DNA of 64,000 bases, taken from assembly GCF_028641065.1 (NCBI RefSeq), contig NC_073397.1, forward strand, positions 20,770,001 through 20,834,000. Reading direction: 5' to 3'. The notes below the pieces were generated by a model that saw only the letters and a list, made by a program, of their open reading frames with translations, was not told the origin of the DNA and searched no databases. Positions 40,504-51,945 of the stretch are shown piece after piece. The stretch is from Leucoraja erinacea (Eukaryota). The translations under genes and the position numbers were made by a program. Each line of letters starts with the position of its first letter. Within the stretch, counting starts at the first letter, position 1.

Positions 40504-40609
40504 CTCATATTCCTTGCAGCTGACCAGTACACCTCTACTTGGAGCAGATGGAATAATTGCTAATGTAGGGTTCTCCTGGCTATGCAACTGCAACTATGTA
40601 ATCATGCAT

Positions 40610-43120
40610 CTATGCAATGGTGCAGCAATCTCCTGAAGTGCGGCTATTGCCCTGCTGCGCTTCCTCTTCGGTCAGCATGTCTGGTGATTCTGTGTTGCTT
40701 CCATCTCCAAAGCTTGCTTCTGCCCAAGCTTCCGCGGTGGGTTCCAGGCCCCAGCTTGGAGCCTGGATCTTGGTTTCCACCTCGAACAGCATGATCCCAA
40801 TCTCTGCAATTTGCGCCTCAAGACTCGGCTCCACATAGTCTGTCTCCCCATTGGCCTCCTGCTCAGTGCTCTCCTCTATAGCGTCACAGGTCAACCCCGT
40901 GTTGGTCAGGAAGACAGCGGAATGGTCATGGGGGAACAGCTGGCTGAGACGGTGCACCAGGCCGAGATCCCGCTGGAACAGTTCCATGCAGAAGGCGAAC
41001 CGCAGCCACCAGTGTTGCAGCTGCTCCTGGTCCACAGGCTCCAGGCTCTGCCTTCTGCTCAGTAGTAGCAGCAGCTTGATTCCTGTCGCTGCCGGGGGCA
41101 GAACAGAAAACATGGTTATTGGCCAAGCCTTACACCAACATGGTATCTTGGAGCGGGGTGCACCCCAGAGCAGCAGGGGAACATTTTCCCCATCCCAACA
41201 GTACTTGAGCCTACTCCGTCTGGACTATAGACAAAGAGCCTTTTTCACCACTCTATCTACCTGTGGTGCCACTTTCAGGGAACTATTTAGTTATACGTTT
41301 AGAAACGGGTCATTCAGCCCAACTGGCCCATGCTAACCAACATGCCCCATCTACACTAGCCCCACCTGCCTGTGTTTGGCCCATATCCTTCTAAACATCC
41401 TATTCATCTACCAAATGTCATTTAAACACTGTGATAGTATCTGCCTCTGGCAACTCGTACCATATACCCACCACCCTTTGAGTACAAATGTTGCTCCTCA
41501 GGTTCCTATTTCCCCCCCTTATATACTTGTGATCCTAGATCTCTCTGTTCTACAACACGTAGAATGGTAAAGGTAATGGTAAAACAACTTTCCTAGGACT
41601 CTACCTTTCCCTTTTGAAAGTCCTGCCTTGAAAATGCAAATTTAACTGAAATAAACTCCCTTTACCATTCATTGCTCTGGCCTGTAGTCCAGCGTATCAA
41701 GATGCTGCTGTACCTCTTGAAGACCGTCTTCAATACAGTATTATGATACTGTGATATCTACAATACCATGATATCACATACTTTTGTGTCATCTACAAAC
41801 TTACAATTGATGCCCCCTGTTCATTCTTATCTAATTTGTTGATATAGTTACAGGCCTCCAATCTGAAAATCAACCTTTCACCACCTTTCATAAATCTCAG
41901 CCTCTTGCAATTTCTTCTCTAGCTTCTCACAGTGTCCTCGGATATATCTACTCAGGCTGGGAAGATGTCTCTATCTTCATACGTCTTAGAATGTCCAGCA
42001 TTTCAACTGTCCTCAAGATATCTCTTTTAACTTTCCAAAGTTTCCTAGGATTCGTGTTGTTCTCCACAGAAATATTGGATGACGTGCCAATTTCCTGCAG
42101 CTTCATGCATAGATGACTACTTTGGTTTCTGTGGGCTCTCTCTCTCTCTCCCTCACTTCCCTCACTAGCACTACCACTCAATATCATGGCAACTGATTTA
42201 TGCATCTCGATATTTTCTCTAATACATTTTATATTACAATATAACCTCTTTTTTTAAAGTATTAATACTGATTTCTTCCAAAATGATTGCAGCATGAAAA
42301 GAGGCCATTCGGTCGATTGAATTCGTACCGCATTCATCTTCATTCAGTTTTTAATCTTTCTACCAACTGGAATAATGTCGCTTCATCTGCTGTCCACACC
42401 CTTCGAGCTTTTAAATATACCGGTCGGACCTTCTCGCTCAACATAATTGCAGTCTCTCGTCCCTGCAAATCATTTCGACGAATCTCTTCTGCACCTTTCA
42501 CATTTCGTGTAACTTGATGCACGGGTGTGTATCGCGATTCGCGTACTCTTCAACGCGCGGCGGGGGAGGGGGTGGTACTTTCACCAAACTATGTACATAT
42601 CGCCCCGGATCGCTTGTGTAGGAATGAACTGCAGGTGCTGGTTTACATCGAAGAGAGACCCGAAATGTCACCTATCCCTTTCACCAGAGATGCTGCCTAC
42701 ATACCCGCTGAGTTACTGCAACATTTTGTGACTAACCCCCGATCTCTCTGTCTGTGGTTTTTAAATTATTTCGCTTCTTCTTCTTCCCATCAAACTACAA
42801 CTCTTCACATTTCTCAGCATTAAATATCATTTGCCGCCCGTCGCACCAGCCTGTCCCGGACACCCACCTGCGCTCCGCTCTCTCATCGAGCACCGGGCGC
42901 GCAGCAGCCGCTGGCGAAGAGCGGCCGAGTCGGCGCTGCTGCCCAGACACCGGGCCAGCTCACGGTGCGCGACACTCAGCGCCTCCAGCCCGTCCACGGT
43001 CCGCCCGCATTCGCCCAGCAGCCCGGCCGCCCAGCCCGGCTCGGCCAGCTGTACCCGCAGGTAGGAGCGCAGGCAACGCAGGGTCTGAGCGGGGAGGAGG
43101 GCCGGCCGTTGATAGTTCAT
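40610..43120 (-). CDS. RGS9-binding protein (R9AP/RGS9BP) family paralog, 2 exons, 241 aa, CaaX C-terminus
   Basis: Exon 1 43120-42868 (ggcgATG; donor GCAG|gtgggt), exon 2 41082-40610 (polypyrimidine tract, cgacag|); phase 1, 726 nt, open throughout. ECGRTVDGL...LGSSADSAALRQRL, QLQHWWLRFAFCMELFQRDL...LFP...LTNTGL and LEAQIAEIGIMLFEVETKIQAPSW align by eye to R9AP ECKALLDGL...VGGSADSQNLRQEL, EFERLWVAFSGCLDLLEADM...AFP...LVRTGV and LEREVLQVGEMIDNMEMKVNVPRW. Exon 1 lies in a CpG island. Confidence 0.85.
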
Positions 43121-43364
43121 CGCCAGTCCGCCTGCCACTCGTTGCAGAGCAGAGTGAGCGCACCGCACCGCTCTTCACCGTCTCCTCCGCGGGAGCGCCA
43201 GGTGCTCGCTGCCCTCCCGGGAGGGCTGCCTCCGAGAGCGGACCCGGTCCTGGGGGATCCCGGGAGACTGATACCGGACAGTCCTGGCCCTAGGAACCCG
43301 TTGCTGCGGGATTGTTCCGTTGGCGGAAGATCCCATTCGGACCATCGGTTTTGCACCGATATTA

Positions 43365-43565
43365 TGTGTGTGTGTTTGTGTGAGAATGAGGAAGTGTGAG
43401 TGTGTGTGTTGTATGTATGTATATTTGTGTGTGTTGTATGTATGTATATTTGTGGGTGTGAGTGTGTGTTGTATGTATGTATATTTGTGGGTGTGAGTGT
43501 GTGTGTTTGTGCAAAATATGTGGGAAATAAAGAGATTGTGGAAGTATGAGTGTGTGTGAGAGTGA
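43365..43565. repeat. (TG)n/(TATG)n compound microsatellite with ~30-bp higher-order repeat
   Basis: TGTGTTGTATGTATGTATATTTGTG repeated three times, immediately upstream of the R9AP-like CpG island. Confidence 0.85.
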
Positions 43566-44159
43566 GGATGAGTATATATCTGGAAATTAAAAATGAGCAG
43601 GGGCAGTTTCTAACCGCCCTCTATAGCTAGCAGGGAATTAGTAGGATGACTTGCTCTTCAATTATGCCATCTTTTAATTTTTTGTTTACAATTCAGATAT
43701 GAAACATGCCCAGACTCGGCTCTCCTTCAGACCCAGCGCACGTCATGCAGTGTAGTGCACAGAGACCAGGACCTTCCAATGGGAACATATCTTCCCGATC
43801 CAGACATACTGCCAACTGCACCACACTTGCACCCCCATCATTAGAAGCTGAAACCTTCATATCCATGTTCAGGCAGAAATGTTCAACATGTGATGCTGAG
43901 ATCCTCACCATCACAGTAGTTAATCCTTAGCCAATTTGAAATCAAGAAATGTTTGAGAGCACAGAATACAGGAGCAGGCAACGTCCTGGTTCTAGTACAT
44001 AACGACCTGTTCTGCAGATTCAGCTGTACCTCTAGCCAAGTTGTTCCAATAGATTCACTTTGACAAATGTTTGTGGGAAACTGCCCAGGTGTGCCCATCA
44101 AAAGGCAGGACAGATCCAATTTGGTTAATTACCATCCAATCAGTCAATTCTTAATGTGA

Positions 44160-44743
44160 ACATATGAATCGGGAGAATGGTGTCAAGGTGAGTCTTGCTG
44201 AAATTAAAGACATTATTAAGCAAAGACTGAAGGAAAGATGGCAAAAGCAATGGGAGGAAGAGCGGAAAGGACGGTGGTTCTACAGAGTCCAGAAGAAAGT
44301 GGGAGAGATGAGATGTGCAGGAAAGAACAGAGAAGAGGAGACAGTGATTTCAAGAATTAGATTTGGACACACTGGTCTGAACAGTACACTTTTTGTAATG
44401 GGCAAGCATAATACAGGCAGATGTGAATACTGTGGGCAAGAGGAAACGATAGAGCATGTCATTGTACATTGTGAGAGGTATGAGGAGCAGAGAGAACGGA
44501 TGAGTGAGCAGTTCAGAAAAGAAGGAGTACAATTTGATTTGGTAGATATTTTGCAAGGGAGTTCAAATAAGTGCTATCAAAATCCTGATGCTTTTTCTTA
44601 GGGTAACCAATTTGTTCAGAAGGATATAGGTTATTAGAATATGTAATGGTGTTGTTTGATCCACACTCCATGCCAGTTGGTGGCGGTAATGCACCAAAAA
44701 AGTTGTTTGCCAACCGCCAAAAAACACTATATAGAAGAAGAAG
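44160..44743 (+). mobile_element. I/Nimb-clade LINE 3' fragment
   Basis: WQKQWEEERKGRW...RIRFGHTGLN...CEYCGQEETIEHVIVHC (CCHC), followed by GGTGGCGGTAATGCACC...CCGCC and a (GAA)n tail. Confidence 0.85.
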
Positions 44744-47392
44744 GCGAGTCTTGAGTCTGTTCTAGTACTTTGTACTATTTCACCAATCGAAACAAACATA
44801 TTTGACCTGGAGCAGAGGAGAATGGTGAGTAAGGTGGCAAAAAATCGTAGCGCTATGGGGGATTGTTTTTGTGCAAATTTAATTACAACGCAGACAGGAA
44901 GTGGACAAGATGAGAGTTCTAGTAATATAAGATAGAGGTTATTGTGTACAGATGATATAACCACTTGGCTTAATTTGGGTTATGTTCTGATCAAGATAGT
45001 AGACCTAAAACATTAACTGTTTTTCTTTCTGCACACGTGGTCTGACCGACTGAGTCTTTCCTGCGTTTTCTTTTTTTTAATTGACTTTGTTTGGGAACAA
45101 GGTTGTGATTGTTGGTTTTGATTCATGGGACAGTGTCACCTGTGGATAATTACAGTGTGGAGTGAATCAGCAATTCTAGCTCTGACCCTTTCAACTGATG
45201 AACCTCACCCTCTCCCTGGACAATGTGACCACTTGGCAAAGAGAGAAGGTGTGGAATTTTGGTCACATCGTTCCCCCACGCATCATAATATCCCCACAAT
45301 CCTCAAATTAAAAGTTATCCTTTAAGATTCTGCTTCAATGAATAGAGGAAGAAAACCAGTAAAAATTTGCAAGTCATGTTCACATTTGATTATTAGCTAA
45401 ATAAGGCCGAGGGATAAGAGACAATTGGGATTTGGAGGATGTGATGAGATCTCCAGGAATACGTTTGCTCAGAGCTGGTCTCAGCTGCACAGGAGGTGAT
45501 GTTTTTATGGAGACTTACTCAGGAGCTGAGGGGAGGGCTGAGGAAGGAGGTTCATCTGAACAGCAGCCACCCTGGGGCACTGATTCCATCAAAGGATAAA
45601 CCTGAGTCAACTTGGGGATTTGTTAAGTCCTCAGGACATCAGAACACCATTCACAATTAATGATCTTGTTCATGGACGGTACTTTCATCAGGCAGCTGCG
45701 GCCCTTTCCTCACCCAGAGCCCTGCCTCAGCAGATGAAGCAACAGATGTAGCTGGTCCTGGGCAGGGAGGCCAGAGGTTGACGATTGACAGAGATAATAT
45801 TTGGTCAAAGAAAAATATCCATAAGATGGTCGTTCAGCACACAACCCACCGATCAAAGAGGGGTGAATGGTCCACATACACTATGCACAGTGCCTTTGTC
45901 AGACGGACTTGTACCAGCCAGGGAGGAATTCAAGAAAATAAACCCACCCATCTCAGCAATCAGCTTTTACACTGCGGCACAGTGGTGTAACAGTGAAGCT
46001 GTTGTTTCACAGTGCCAGAGTTCTGAGTTCAATCCTGACTACGGGTAGTGTCTGTGTGGAGTTTGCACATTCTCCTGGTATTAGTTTATTGTCAAGTGTA
46101 CTGAGGTACAGAGTAAAATGTTGTTTTGCTAGTTTTATCAGTCAAATCGTATTGTACATGAGTAATATAGATGAGCATAAGTGCAACAGGTAGTGCAAAG
46201 AGAAAATTAACGAGAGTGCTGAATATCACGTTACAGCATTACAGTGTTACAGCTCCAGAGAAAGTGCAGATAAGAAAAGTGCAAGGGCTGTAATCGGGTA
46301 AGCTGGGAGACTGGGGACTACATCTTTAACTAATGCAAGGTAATTCAGTATTCTGATAATGGCAGGGACGAAGCTGTTTCTGAACCAGGATCATGATTTC
46401 AAGCTTTTGTATTTTCTGTCCGACGGGAAAGCTGAGAAGATGGAATGACTGGGTGTAAGTGGTCCTTGATTACACTGGTTGCTTTTCTGAGGAAGTGGGG
46501 TCATAGTGGGGTGCCTCAAGGATCCGTGTTGGACTATTGCTGATTGTGGTTTATGTTAACAATTTGCATGTGAATGTAGAAGGCATGATTACTAAGCTTG
46601 CAGATGAAACTAAAGTGGATGGAATTGAAGATGGCAAATTGTCATCAAAAATTACAGCAGGATTTTGTTCAGCTGGGCAAGTGTGCTAAGGAATGGTTAA
46701 TGGAATTTCAGGCAGATAAGTGCAAGAATTTCAGGCAGATAAGTCCAAGTAGGGCAGGAATGGCAGGGCCGTTATAGAGCAGAAGGACACGAATGGTGGT
46801 ACAAAGTTCCCTAAAAGTTGCATCAGAGGAATATAGGGTGATCAAGAAGATTGTAAGAACATTGCCTTCATTAGTCATAGTATTGAGTTGGGATGTTATT
46901 TTATATTTGTACAAGACGTTGCTGAGGCAGCATTTGGAGTATTGTGTTCAGGTTTGGTCAAACTCAAAGGGATATTGCTAAGCTGGAAAGAGTGCAGAGA
47001 AGATTTACGAGAATATTGCCAGGACTTGCGGGCCTGAGCTAAAGGGAGAGTTGGGCAGGCTAGGACTTCACTCCTTGGAGAAGAGAAGGGTGATCTTATT
47101 GATGTGTCTAAAATCATGAGCAGAATAGATAGGCTGAATGCACAGAATCTTTCCCACCCTATCCAGTGTAGTGGAATCAAGAAACAGAAGACATAGGTTT
47201 ATGGTGAGAGGGGAAAAAATGAATAGGAAATTATGGGGCAACTATTTCACACAGATGATCGTGAGTATGTGGAACAAGTTGCCAGAGGAGGTACAGGTGC
47301 ACAACCTTTTATCCGAAAGCCTTGGGACCAGACACTTTTCGTAATTCAGAATTTTTCGGCTTTCGGAATGGAAGATTTTTAGCGTAGATTTT

Positions 47393-47466
47393 AACGGCTG
47401 GCTCAGTGGTAGAGTGCTCGGCTCATATCCGCAAGGTCGGGAGTTTGCGCCTCGATCCCGGCAGTT
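47393..47466 (+). pseudogene. tRNA-like (CAT anticodon loop) segment inside the transposon
   Basis: A-box TGGCTCAGTGG, stem-loop CGG-CTCATAT-CCG; the B box is degenerate (GAGTTTGCGCCTC), so this is not a functional tRNA. Confidence 0.5.
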
Positions 47467-48640
47467 ACTCGATCGCGAGTTTAAGTCTTCAATGTAGTTT
47501 TTTCTTGCAGAATAGGAGAGAATAGGGAGGGTTAGGCTGGGATCATTCTCTGCGAGATAATCTTAGTGCGGGAGACAAGTGTAGGAGAGGTGTACTGACT
47601 GTGTGGGCAGAACTTTGGAAGTGATTGCCCACCATTCTCAAAAGCCGCTGTGTCTCCCTGTCCCTCCAACTCCAGAGGAATCCGCTGCCCGATGCGCCGC
47701 TACGGCGACAAGTGGCAGTTCGCCCACAGCCCGAGCTGCGCCCCCTCATCCGCAACCCGGGTTCCTCTGGAGTTGGAGCGGGGCTGGGCTAGAGTTGTTG
47801 CTGGCTGTGAGTCTCTGGGATCTCCGTGCTTGCAGTGGGCCTGGGGGTCGGTGTCCCGATGAGGGGGCGCAGCTCGGGCTGTGGGCGAACTGCCACTTGT
47901 CGCTGTAGCGGCCCATCGGGGAGCGGCTTCTGGTGGTCCTGACGTCTCTCAGCTCCTGTCCAGGGGGATGGCCGGAGACGTCAGGACCAACAGGAACCCG
48001 CTCCCCGATGCGCCGCTACAGCGACAAGTGGCACTTCGCCCACAGCCCGAGCTGCGCCCCCTCATCCGCAACCCGGGTTCCTCTGGAGTTGGAGCGGGGC
48101 TGGGCTAGAGTTGCTGCTGGCTGTGAGTCTCTGGGATCTCCGTGCTTGCAGTTGGTGTCCCGTTGGTCCTGACGTCTCCGGTCACCCCCTAGAATGGAGC
48201 TGAGACTGGGAACTGTACCGCCTTTGCCCCCTCCCTCTGCAACTGCAAACAACCCCACAGTTCCCAGTCTCAGCTCCTGTACAGGGGGTGGCCGGAGACG
48301 TCACAGCCCGAGCTGCGCCCCCTCATCCGCAACCTCAAGACCAAGACGCACCTTGCACACCATCAGCTTCGGTCCCTACGGGGAGCGTGTTCCTCTGGAA
48401 TTGGAACGGGGCTGGGCTGCTGCTGGCTGTGGGTCTCTGGGATCTCCGTGCTTGCAGTGGGCCTGGGGGCCGGTGTCCCGTTGGTCCTGACGTCTCCGGT
48501 GATTGGCACTGGCTCCGACGTGAAGACAGTGCAAAACCCCCGCGCCGGTGCAATGGGCGGGGAGCTGGAGAGGGGAGGGAAGGGGTCACACACATGGCCG
48601 GGAAGCAGAGGGGTGTAGGTGGGGTGAAACTTAAGGGAGC

Positions 48641-48763
48641 GACAATTTGCTGCTGCCTGCCCGCTGAGTTAAAAAGTTCTCATGCAAGACTCACGATACA
48701 CTGTGTATCGTGAGTCTACCGTGGGAACTTTTTAACTCAGCGGGCAGGCAGCAGCAGATTGTC
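48641..48763. repeat. 123-nt near-perfect inverted repeat (hairpin)
   Basis: 61-nt arms centred on 48702 with 5 mismatches, three of them G-U compatible on the + strand. Confidence 0.9.
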
Positions 48764-49654
48764 AATTATTAACCCTCCCGCGCAATATACCCTCACCTTC
48801 TCTTTTATGAATGGGGATTTAGTTTCCCTTTCTTCGAGGACTGACCGGAGGTTCCGCTGTCACCTCTGCGGGCCGCCCTCGGTGAACGTTTTCAAGGACC
48901 TTTCTTCAAGGACTGAAAAAATGTCGCTATTCGGAGGTTTTCGTTATTTGGAACTTCGGATAAAAGGTCGTGCACCTGTAGTTGAGGCAGGAACGACAAC
49001 AACATTTAAAATACATTTGGACAGGTACATGGATATGAAAGGTTTAAAGGGATATGGGCCAAACTTGGGCAGGTGAGACTAGAGTAGATGGGCGCCTTGA
49101 TAGTTGTAGGCAAGTTCGGTTGAAGGGCCAGTTAGCATTCCGTCCTTTCGTCACATCTCTTCCTAGAGTCCAGGAACATCCACTTGTACGTTTTTCAATC
49201 TAGTCTATTGAATTTGGTGTTCACAATAAGGCCCAGTCACCAGCAGGCCTTGGCGGACAGAAGTGGCAACTTAACCACTAGTCTACTCTTGTCCAAGTAT
49301 AGACTAGGTGCAAATTTTGCTGAACACTCATACCCTGTCCGTTAAGGCCTGGTGGAACTCATGGTTGCTAAATATTCTAACGTCCCTTCACATTCCCAAA
49401 CTGACTTTCTGTCCTTGAACTTCTCTATTGCTAGAGTGAAGTCACATGCAAACTGGAGGAACAGCATGTCATCTTCCTTGCATCATATCCCTCCATCTGG
49501 CTTTACATTTCACTCCCCCCCTCTTCTTTCTATATCTGACATGCTTTTGTCCCCTTTTCACCTCTCCCCTTTGTCTCCACCCCTCACCAAATGAAACTCC
49601 CCTCACCTGCACCCACCTATCACTTGCCAGATTTAGCTTCAGCCCCACCTCCCT

Positions 49655-51945
49655 AAGCTGATGGAAAGAATGGTAAATGAAAGATTAATGCATCTAATGG
49701 AAGAAAAAGGTATAGTGGCTAATTATCAGAGTGGCTTTAGAAAAGTGAGAGGTACTAATGATCCAGTTCTGTGCTTGGAAGATGATATAAGGAAAGCACA
49801 AGTCAAAAAATAATCTGTAGTTACCATATTTTTTGATGTAGAGAAGGCTTACAATATGTTGTGGAGAGAAGGTCTTCTAATATAGCTGCATTTAATGGGA
49901 GTAGGAGGAAATATTTTTAACTGGATAATGGATTTTCTAAACGGTAGAAGTATCCAAGTTAAAATAGGGTCAGACATCTCTAGTAAATGTGTAGTCGAGA
50001 ATGGAACTCCCCAGGGAAGTGCGATAAGCCCAATCCTATTCTCAATCATGATCAATGATATATTTGCAAACATTCAACCAGAGATGGGGCGATCGCTCTT
50101 TGCAGATGATGGCAGCCTATGGAGAAGGGGGAGGAATATACATTTTATCGTGGAAAAAGTACAGCAAGGGATAGCCCAGGTGGAAGAGTGGGGAGGGAAA
50201 TGGGGTTTTAAATTCTCTATAGAGAAGACAAAGTCAATGATTTTCACAAGGAAAAAAATTAAAGAGGATGTCCAGTTAAAACTATACGGCAACAATTTGG
50301 AAAGAATAAAAGATTTCCGTTTCCTGGGGGTTCATTTTGACTCCAGATTAACATGGAGGGTCCACATTACAAAAATAATTGAAAAATGCAAAAAAGCCAT
50401 CAATGTAATGAGATGCTTAGCAGGTTTAGAGTGGGGAGCAGATGTATTATCTCTTAAACGTATTTATGTATCACTGATCAGATCCAGACTAGAGTATGGC
50501 AGTATAGCTTATGGGTCAGCATCTAAGTCAGTGTTGTCCGAGTTGGACAAAGTCCAAGCGGAAGCTCTAAGAATCTGTATAGGAGGTGTGCGGACGTCAC
50601 CTGTATGTGCACTACAGGTGGAAACTGGGGAGATGCCATTGAGACTGCGCCGCAGACAACTAATGGCTAATTACTGGCTAAGCCTTAAGGGTCATGGAGA
50701 GAACCACCCAACAAAACAGGTAGTACAGGAGTGCTGGGAGAGAGGGGTGGCTCAGTCTGGAAGCTTCGGCTGGGTTGGAGGAGTTGTGGCAAGGGACATG
50801 GGAGTAGAGGACAAAGAGTTCTGCCCTGCAGTATTGTGGCCATCTGTGCCAATATGGTTACTGAACATCCCAAAAGTTGATCTGGAGATATGGGAGGCAA
50901 AAAGGAGGAACAAAAATTCAGACCTAAAGACAGAATATCATAGCCATATAGATAATAGATACAGGGAACACCTCTTAATTTTCACAGATGGATCAAAGGA
51001 CCCAGTAGCTGAAACAACAGGGGCGGCTGTGGTAGTGTAGGGGATAAATGTTGAGCTTTACAAGAGAACAAATAACTATTTAACAGTATATACAGTGGAA
51101 CTGTACGCTATTTTGATGGCAGTTTGGTGGATGGAACAGATGCAACCATGTAAAGTATTAATATGTAGCGACTCATTATCTGCAATCCAGAGTATTGGGT
51201 CTGGTGCATCCCATAGGCGGCCTGACTTAGTGTATGAAATCCTGCTACTATTAAGCCAAGTGACAAGGAGGGGCAGTGACGTGACTTTGTTGTGGGTCCC
51301 AGCACACATTGGTGTTCTAGGGAATGAAAAGGTGGATAAATTAGCAAAGGAGGCTGTAAAAAAAAGAAACATAGAGGTAAACTTACAACTATCCAAATCT
51401 GAAGGAAAACACATTGTGTGGAAGAAAATAAATCAGGAATGGCAACAATACTGGGAACAGGAGACAAAGGGGAGACACCTCTATTCGCTACAAAACAGAG
51501 TGGGCATTACAGCAAGAAGAGGGGGGAACAGGAGGGAACAGGTAGTATTAACAAGATTGAGGATAGGACACACTCACCTGAACAGCACATTAAAAATATT
51601 GGGAAAACACCCTACTGGGCTGTGTGAGGAATGCCATCAGCCAGAAACAGTTCAGCATGCCCTAATTGCATGTAGGAGATATGAGACCGAAAGAGGACTG
51701 ATGATCATTGAAATGAGGAAAATTGGATTGACAGAAATATCAGTAAAGAACATTCTAGAGTGTGGAGGGAAAGGAAAAGGAATAAAGTTGTTGTTTGATT
51801 TCTTGAGGGCCTCTGGGCTTATAAAAAGGATATAATGTAAAGACATGAGTACTGTGGAATGAAGCCAGAAGGTGGCAGCAATGCAACATTGCGGATGCCG
51901 GCTGCCGTAAAACTCCAAAGAAGAAGGAGAAGAAGAAGAAGAAGA
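49655..51945 (+). mobile_element. I/Nimb-clade LINE with RT, RNase H and CCHC knuckle; 5'-truncated
   Basis: GTPQGSAISP, SLFADDGSL, IRSRLEYG; RNase H IFTDGSK...ELYAI...CSDSLSAI...WVPAHIGVLGNEKVDKLAK; CEECHQPETVQHALIAC; (GAA)n tail; AGCCCCAC duplication at 49641-49648 and 51946-51953; few disabling mutations. Confidence 0.9.

Larger units (their letters stand above)
47294..48978. mobile_element. Non-autonomous Tc1/mariner-pogo (Tigger-like) DNA transposon, 1685 bp
   Basis: 24-bp TIRs CAGGTGCACAACCTTTTATCCGAA / TTCGGATAAAAGGTCGTGCACCTG (one mismatch), TA duplication at 47292-47293 and 48979-48980, no transposase ORF. Confidence 0.9.
46490..49135 (+). mobile_element. Old CR1 LINE fragment split by a DNA transposon
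   Basis: LYKTLLRQHLEYCVQVW; the CR1 3' sequence gccagaggagg-TA-gttgaggcagg is restored when 47294-48978 is removed. Confidence 0.75.

Noticed and set aside
42754-43399. Plus-strand ORFs of 179 and 144 aa
   Set aside because: Pro/Arg/Ala-rich antisense shadows of the GC-rich R9AP-like exon 1.
47393-47466. Functional tRNA-Met gene
   Set aside because: No canonical TTC-containing T loop, poor acceptor stem, and located inside a transposon; kept only as tRNA-like.
47543-48713. Cluster of 70-141-aa ORFs on both strands
   Set aside because: They lie within GC-rich internal duplications of a non-autonomous transposon and show no transposase or other domain motifs.
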